A stretch of DNA of 16,387 nt from Candidatus Heimdallarchaeota archaeon (GTDB taxonomy: Archaea > Asgardarchaeota > Heimdallarchaeia > Hodarchaeales > Hodarchaeaceae), in assembly GCA_019057635.1 (NCBI GenBank), contig DXJL01000018.1, positions 1-16,387 of the forward strand, read 5' to 3'. The notes under the pieces are model-generated. The model had not been told where the DNA came from. It saw nothing but the letters and a program-made list of their open reading frames with translations, and did no database searches. The position numbers and the translations under genes are program-made. The stretch's first letter is position 1. Each line of letters begins with the position of its first letter. Positions 7,941-13,996 of the stretch are shown piece by piece.

Positions 7941-8963
7941 CTATTCTTCAGCCCGGCATTTTACAATATCCTCAACTTTGAAGCATTTATTACAAGTGAT
8001 GCAATCAGCAACTTTTTTCCCATTTTTAAATTTCTGAATAAGATCAGGTTCTCGAATGAAGGGACGTGAGAGAGAAATGAAATCAGCAAATTCATCTCTT
8101 ATTTTTTGCATTGTACTAAAAAATCGAAATCCTCCTACGACACTTACCACAGTATCCCCTATATGCTTTTTAATTTCCTGTGCGAAAGGGACGAAGTATG
8201 TATTTTCTTTTTCCTTAAGTGTTCGTGTAGATTTCGATCCACTTACTTCTATCGCATCTATTCCTTCATCAGATAACCATTGAGATACTTTAACACCTTC
8301 TTCGAGTGGAAAACCATCAGTAGGGTCATCTGCCCCGTTCATTTTTACTAGAATTGGAAAAGAAGATCCTACAACTTCACGAATACTGTGATAACTATTC
8401 AATAAGACAGCAGCACGGTTTTCTAAAGAACCTCCCCAGTCATCTGTCCTAGTATTAGTTCTTTTTGACAAAAATTGACTCAGTAAATAACCATGAGCAG
8501 CATGAATTTGGACACCATCATATCCTGCTTCTTTCGCTCGTTTTGTTGCTACTTTAAAACCAATAATAATTCCCTCAATATCATCCTCGGTCATTTCAAC
8601 AGATTCTCTACCTTCACGTATGGAGGGAACCTTCTTACTAGTTGAAAAAACACCTCCATGATTTAATTGAGCAATTATTTTTGACTCTGAATCTGAATTG
8701 TGAACTACTTCCACGAGTCGTTTGAGTTGTTCTACCTGAATTTGATTAGAGATCCCAGCCATTTTCTCATGGGCTTTTCCTTCATCTATGATATAGAGAT
8801 GCCCTTGAATTATTAATCCGATTTCTCCCAATGCTAGTTGACGATACAAGTCAAAATACTGTTCAGTTATAGTTCCATTTGCATTAGCCCCAAACTCAGC
8901 TGTTGCAGATCGAATAAAACGATTTTTTACTTTTAAATTCCCTATTTTTCCTTCTGTAAACAT
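7941..8963 (-). CDS. NADH:flavin oxidoreductase, Old Yellow Enzyme family
   Basis: KNRFIRSAT, IIAQLNHGG, AGYDGVQIHAAHGYLLSQFLS..TNTRTDDWGGSLENR, SLSRPFIREPDL, C-terminal CITCNKC; GAGG SD upstream. Confidence 0.95.
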   Translation of the reverse strand: MFTEGKIGNLKVKNRFIRSATAEFGANANGTITEQYFDLYRQLALGEIGLIIQGHLYIIDEGKAHEKMAGISNQIQVEQLKRLVEVVHNSDSESKIIAQLNHGGVFSTSKKVPSIREGRESVEMTEDDIEGIIIGFKVATKRAKEAGYDGVQIHAAHGYLLSQFLSKRTNTRTDDWGGSLENRAAVLLNSYHSIREVVGSSFPILVKMNGADDPTDGFPLEEGVKVSQWLSDEGIDAIEVSGSKSTRTLKEKENTYFVPFAQEIKKHIGDTVVSVVGGFRFFSTMQKIRDEFADFISLSRPFIREPDLIQKFKNGKKVADCITCNKCFKVEDIVKCRAEE

Positions 8964-9254
8964 TTTTATTCCTCGGAAGATATTGTATTAATTGATTTTT
9001 CAGATCATTATTAATATGCTGTATTTACAATTATAAATATCATAAAAAAGGCATAATTCGAAAATAATCCTATTAAAGATCCAAATGTATTAGTACCTTG
9101 ATTTATTTTAATCTAAATTATATGAATCTATTAATCTAATTAAACATTTGTAGCTTACTAATTCTTTTCCTAACCAAACTAGACGTCAATAATATATGAA
9201 TACTCAAGTGACATCTTAGTTACTCAAATATTTGAGTTCAGAAAAGGATTATTT

Positions 9255-9264
9255 AAAAAAAAAA
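9255..9264 (-). terminator. Oligo-T archaeal terminator candidate
   Basis: T10 on the minus strand about 22 nt downstream of the stop of the 1436-aa gene. Confidence 0.5.
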
Positions 9265-9286
9265 GAGAGGAGAAGTTGTGAGGAGC

Positions 9287-9355
9287 TTAACGTTTCTTCC
9301 GAATAAATGCTAGGATAACAACCACACCAAGAATGGTAAATAAATCAAAACCAGG
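9287..9355 (-). other. PGF-CTERM archaeal protein sorting signal
   Basis: PGF + hydrophobic helix + basic tail (RKKR), the tripartite layout known for archaeosortase A substrates. Confidence 0.8.
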
Positions 9356-12300
9356 TGTTAATCCAACTACATTGTCAATGGTTATATCCACTTCATCTGA
9401 AACCGTTGTTCCCTCAATAGTAACTCGGATAGTGTAGTCACCATCATCAACTTCTTTAGTATCCCACGCGAATTGTTGGGTTTCAAAACCACTCGCTAGT
9501 TCAGTCCAGCTAGTATCATCTTCAAGTTTGTATTCTACTTTGAATGTCATAGATTCTGCAGATGTCGTAGTTGCTGTCCATTTGATGAGATAAGTCCCCT
9601 TTATTTTTACACCTTCAGTAGGATCCGTAATACTCAGTGAATATGTGATATCAGACTCAATGACTGTCACTGTTACGATATCATGCAACACAAGACCAGA
9701 AGCATCTGTAGCCGAGAAATTGTAGGAATAGACACCATCTGGTAAATCAGAAACATCTAACGTGACTGATCCTTTGCCATCCCAATTTGACACTGTTGTA
9801 ACTTCTACTCCGTCTTTTTGAATCGTATAGTCAATCGGAGGAATCATTTCAAGAACTGTCCACACTAGCTCGTGGGTTTGACCGTCATTTTCGGTAAAGG
9901 AGAGGTCATTGGGTCCAACAATGACTGGATCGCCTACGACAATAAAATCACCGTCATATTTCACTATGTGATCCAGTTCAATGTTAACACCATATATGGT
10001 AGTTACTACAAAACTAGTATAATAGGTTTCACCTTTAAAGCCATAGAAAGTATTACTTTTAGCTGTTACCGTTAGTCCAGTAGTTGTTTTTGCTGAAACT
10101 GTTAAATTAAATTCTCCATCATCAATTAAATATATGTAGACATAATAATATCCTTTATAGGGTGTCGTTACGACCACTTGTTGGGGGAAACTATTAGGTC
10201 CACTATATGTGGTATTCTCATTAGAATCACTTGTTGCTAGGGTATAGTTATAACCCGTATGCTGACTGTTTTCATCATAGAGATGCAAATGTGTTCTACC
10301 TTGGACTGTGATACTGATAAATGCTGCTTCACCTAAAGTACCGTAACTAATTTGCTGACTCAAAATAGCTAATAATGTGGCATACACAGGATCCTCAGAA
10401 CCACGTGTATTATCCCAGTACCAAAGATCAGGATCATCTGCTTCACGAATGACATGACGGGTCAAGAATTGATAGATTGATTGATACATCCAGCTATACC
10501 CTGTACCCTTATCATGGCCAGTTAATATTAGGGCTTTAGCTGCAGAAACGATGGCATAATACCGATAACCATCGCTATGGAAATAATCATCGACATACTG
10601 TTCAATCCAAGTATGATTCATGTATCTAAGAGCTTCATTGATGTCCGAATCAGTGTCGTCATAACCCATGAGGGCTAAACACCAAATACCAGCTGCGTTC
10701 ATTCGTGAGTTGACCCAACCACCATCTGGTTGATAGGCAAATCCGTAATATGTTTCTTCCAGATTAACTTCAGTGAAACAACGTCTAACAAATGTTTCAG
10801 CTGCAGTCCAAGTTTGGGCTGGAATATTGATACCGATATCTCTCGCGGCAGCTAATGCGATTATCGACCATTGACTATTAGAGAGATCAGACCAGTAATA
10901 CCCAGTTAAAGTGGCGTTATCTAGGCCATAACCCCAACCTCCATAATGTGGATTACTAGGATCATAACCCAAGGGTTCACGATTTTGAGCTCTAATCACC
11001 CAACTGACTGCATCTAAGATGATTTTATCCAAGTCTGGATTTTCAACACCCCAGACGCCGTACGACACTTTAAGTGGAATAAGACCCATTAAGGCAATAG
11101 AAGTTTCATAATTCTCTTGACCTATTTCCCAAGACATTATTGCACCATCAGACTGGACTTGAGACTTGATGTACTCATAACAGCTTTGTACAACTGAATC
11201 ATCAAATCGACTTCCATTCTGTAATAAAGTTAGCATGGCCCAAGAAGTAAATGCCACTGATCTCGAACCTGGATCATCATGACCTCTCCAATCCTCTCGC
11301 GACCAGATATATGACCCATCTGGTTGTTGTTGTGAGATAATCCAATTGAGTCCGTTATTGATAAGCTCATCTGGAGGAGGAGTGGGATCATCGAATATCG
11401 TGACTGGTATTACCATTGGTTGTTGATTATGAGCAACATCTGTGGCTATCACAGTTAAGTCACGAGAACCTATCCAGTCAGATTTTGGGTAAAGATGCAC
11501 ATAAACATGTCCGTCAAATAATCGTAACTCAGTTATGTTCGCTGGACCTGTCCACTCAGGCTGCGAATAATACTTCCATGGATCAGTTGAAGCGAGAGGC
11601 GCACTGAATCCAGAAAGGAATACATCGACTCCCAGTACTCCGCTAATGTCATCAGTAATATTTGCTTCTAACTTAAAACCGAATTCATCACTAAGAGAAG
11701 CACCACTTTCAGGGGATATGATTTGGACTATTGGCCCTGTGTTATCTATGCTTGGTTCAGCTGTTAAGGTATACTCCCCTTTCACGGGTATACAGAATTG
11801 GGAACGTGGTACATATTGGATTGTAAGTAACGCCCAAATATCTGGACCATATTTGTACAAAGAGAAGTATTCGGTACGATTTGCCCAAATTTCCTCTGAA
11901 TAACGATAATCTGATTCAAAACCCCACCAAGGAGCAGAGAGATTGAGTGTTTGATGAATTATCCTATAATCTTGTGGGACAAGATAAGATACCGTGTCGT
12001 AGGGGAAATCAAATCCTATGGGTTCTAATGTGACATTAAAGAGGTTAAAAGGTGATAAATTGTCACTAATGTTGAACCAATAACTTATTTGGTCACCAGT
12101 CCATAGTGTTTCAGTTGTAGTGAACGGGAATCCGTTTGTATAATCTGGTAATGGGTCAATATCTTCCTGTAAAAGTGCGTTCGCGTGAGTAAAGTAGTTT
12201 TCAACATAAAATTCTCCATAGTATTCGGCAGTAATTGGACGTCCCCAGATATTTATGTAATTCCATTGTGTGAGGTTTAGATTTGGGTAACTGACATTAC

Positions 12301-13597
12301 CAAGAAAGATATCATCATCAAACACAGTACTAATTGTTACTAACTGTCTAATATCGAACCATAGATCAACATTGGTATTATTACCTTTCATAAACCATGA
12401 TGTATTAGTAGCGAAAAGATTGAATCCTGGGTCTCGCCATTCACTAGTATACAGCTCAGCATTGAATTCATACAGCCCATAGACCGTGAAATTCACTGGA
12501 ATTGACACTATAGCAAAATCAGCTTCGCCATTGCTATCGATATCTTCAATCCTCATTTGCCAAGTGGAGTTATCCTGATTATACAGAATTTCAGGCATAT
12601 TTGTCTCTTTAGGAATTAATGGGGTGCTAGTTATGTATGGACTCTCCATATACCAACCCATTTGATAATCCCATCCTTCTAAATCCTCGTCCCAAATATC
12701 TATTCTGGCATCGTTAATTTCGAAAGGTCCATCTCCAGTTACTTCTGTGGATGCCCACCAAAGATCTATATAACTGACTCCTTTAGAAACCATTGTCAAA
12801 TTATATTTCTCTTGCGAACCAGTCATAAAGCACTGTAAACGAATCCATCTTTCGTGAGTTGAATTTACTTCTGCTATAATATGGATTAAATCATAATAGC
12901 CATCATTTTCTATATCCACAAAATCTTCACTCCATGATTGTACAAACGCTCTGATCATCATTTCGAACTGGTCGGCAGAATAAGCTAGAGTCGATGTAAA
13001 GATAGTTGGACCGGCTTGATCCATCGTTCCAATCATCAATGCGACATCAGGTAAGTCCTGCGGGTTTTCAAAATCATAGTTGCTCATATCATAGAGGATC
13101 AAGTTAATTATACCAAGATGGCCATCCATCCCTGTAGCATTTATTTCCAAACCTCGAAATGCGAGTGTTATTGTGATATTTTCGTTGATAGTGTCACCTA
13201 TATATGCATCAGTCATATCAGTGACTTCTCCAGCGTATAATCGAAAATCCTGTCCAATAACATAGGGGAAAGGATTCTGAGGTGACGGTATAGCAGATAA
13301 ATTCAAACCTGAAACAAGAAAATACTGACCCACAATGTGGATTTCTAGAGTTACATTAATGTAGAAAAAATCATATAATCCATCTTCATCGAAATCAAAA
13401 GTCCCATCTACAATAGAATCCAAGTAGATTGTAGCATTTGGACCGTTTTCAGCCGTTGAAGAACGAAGTTGGGGAGTGTTATAAGAAGTAGTACTGGGAT
13501 CTCTTGAAGAAACTGTAGTTATCGGAATCAAAGAAAGGAATAGCATGAAAATACAGAGAATACCCAAAATACTGGTTTTTAATTTCATATTCTTCAT
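9287..13597 (-). CDS. Large cell-surface protein with prenyltransferase/squalene-cyclase-like (alpha/alpha) barrel, Ig-like domains and PGF-CTERM anchor
   Basis: Signal peptide MKNMKLKTSILGILCIFMLFLSL; three acidic DxxxDG-like loops; barrel repeats GLNWIISQQQPDGSY, YEYIKSQVQSDGAI, AVSWVIRAQN...GGWGY, SDLSNSQW, GFAYQP at ~10350-11375; C-terminus TPGFDLFTILGVVVILAFIRKKR; many NxS/T sequons. Confidence 0.88.
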   Translation of the reverse strand: MKNMKLKTSILGILCIFMLFLSLIPITTVSSRDPSTTSYNTPQLRSSTAENGPNATIYLDSIVDGTFDFDEDGLYDFFYINVTLEIHIVGQYFLVSGLNLSAIPSPQNPFPYVIGQDFRLYAGEVTDMTDAYIGDTINENITITLAFRGLEINATGMDGHLGIINLILYDMSNYDFENPQDLPDVALMIGTMDQAGPTIFTSTLAYSADQFEMMIRAFVQSWSEDFVDIENDGYYDLIHIIAEVNSTHERWIRLQCFMTGSQEKYNLTMVSKGVSYIDLWWASTEVTGDGPFEINDARIDIWDEDLEGWDYQMGWYMESPYITSTPLIPKETNMPEILYNQDNSTWQMRIEDIDSNGEADFAIVSIPVNFTVYGLYEFNAELYTSEWRDPGFNLFATNTSWFMKGNNTNVDLWFDIRQLVTISTVFDDDIFLGNVSYPNLNLTQWNYINIWGRPITAEYYGEFYVENYFTHANALLQEDIDPLPDYTNGFPFTTTETLWTGDQISYWFNISDNLSPFNLFNVTLEPIGFDFPYDTVSYLVPQDYRIIHQTLNLSAPWWGFESDYRYSEEIWANRTEYFSLYKYGPDIWALLTIQYVPRSQFCIPVKGEYTLTAEPSIDNTGPIVQIISPESGASLSDEFGFKLEANITDDISGVLGVDVFLSGFSAPLASTDPWKYYSQPEWTGPANITELRLFDGHVYVHLYPKSDWIGSRDLTVIATDVAHNQQPMVIPVTIFDDPTPPPDELINNGLNWIISQQQPDGSYIWSREDWRGHDDPGSRSVAFTSWAMLTLLQNGSRFDDSVVQSCYEYIKSQVQSDGAIMSWEIGQENYETSIALMGLIPLKVSYGVWGVENPDLDKIILDAVSWVIRAQNREPLGYDPSNPHYGGWGYGLDNATLTGYYWSDLSNSQWSIIALAAARDIGINIPAQTWTAAETFVRRCFTEVNLEETYYGFAYQPDGGWVNSRMNAAGIWCLALMGYDDTDSDINEALRYMNHTWIEQYVDDYFHSDGYRYYAIVSAAKALILTGHDKGTGYSWMYQSIYQFLTRHVIREADDPDLWYWDNTRGSEDPVYATLLAILSQQISYGTLGEAAFISITVQGRTHLHLYDENSQHTGYNYTLATSDSNENTTYSGPNSFPQQVVVTTPYKGYYYVYIYLIDDGEFNLTVSAKTTTGLTVTAKSNTFYGFKGETYYTSFVVTTIYGVNIELDHIVKYDGDFIVVGDPVIVGPNDLSFTENDGQTHELVWTVLEMIPPIDYTIQKDGVEVTTVSNWDGKGSVTLDVSDLPDGVYSYNFSATDASGLVLHDIVTVTVIESDITYSLSITDPTEGVKIKGTYLIKWTATTTSAESMTFKVEYKLEDDTSWTELASGFETQQFAWDTKEVDDGDYTIRVTIEGTTVSDEVDITIDNVVGLTPGFDLFTILGVVVILAFIRKKR

Positions 13598-13655
13598 TTT
13601 TAAAATCTCTTATAGTTTTTTCATTAAAAAAAATCCTGTAATTTCAGTCTACTTT

Positions 13656-13670
13656 CATATAAATACTTAT
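13656..13670 (-). promoter_or_regulatory. Putative BRE/TATA for the 1436-aa gene
   Basis: Minus strand ATAAGTATTTATATG about 60 nt upstream of the ATG at 13597. Confidence 0.4.
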
Positions 13671-13996
13671 CTACGATGAGAAAGTGAAATTATAACATAA
13701 AAAAAAATTGTAAGGATTTATTTCATGATTTCTAGAATTTTTTCCACATATATTCTTAGCCTAAATTAAGTCTCTTTGCTGATTAACTCATCACCATTTT
13801 TCTAGAGTTGGAAGGAATGAATCTAGATAATTCTTTGCTTCTTCCGTTGTAAGGTTAAGGGCATTTAAGACAGTAGATAAAGAGAAATTCTAGGATTATT
13901 TTTTTAGATATTTTTACTCGAAATACCGTCGTCGGTCGCACATTTAGATAGGAAAAGTATAAACTTAGGTATGTGTTGATTCCATCCTTCGAATAT

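Noticed and set aside
8056-8283. 75-aa plus-strand ORF
   Set aside because: Antisense shadow of the OYE gene.
10350-11375. Calling the 1436-aa protein a squalene-hopene or oxidosqualene cyclase
   Set aside because: No DxDD/DCTAE motif, only one barrel, and the protein is secreted and surface anchored.
9872-11903. Plus-strand ORFs 9872..10075, 11416..11607, 11646..11903
   Set aside because: Antisense shadows of the 1436-aa gene.
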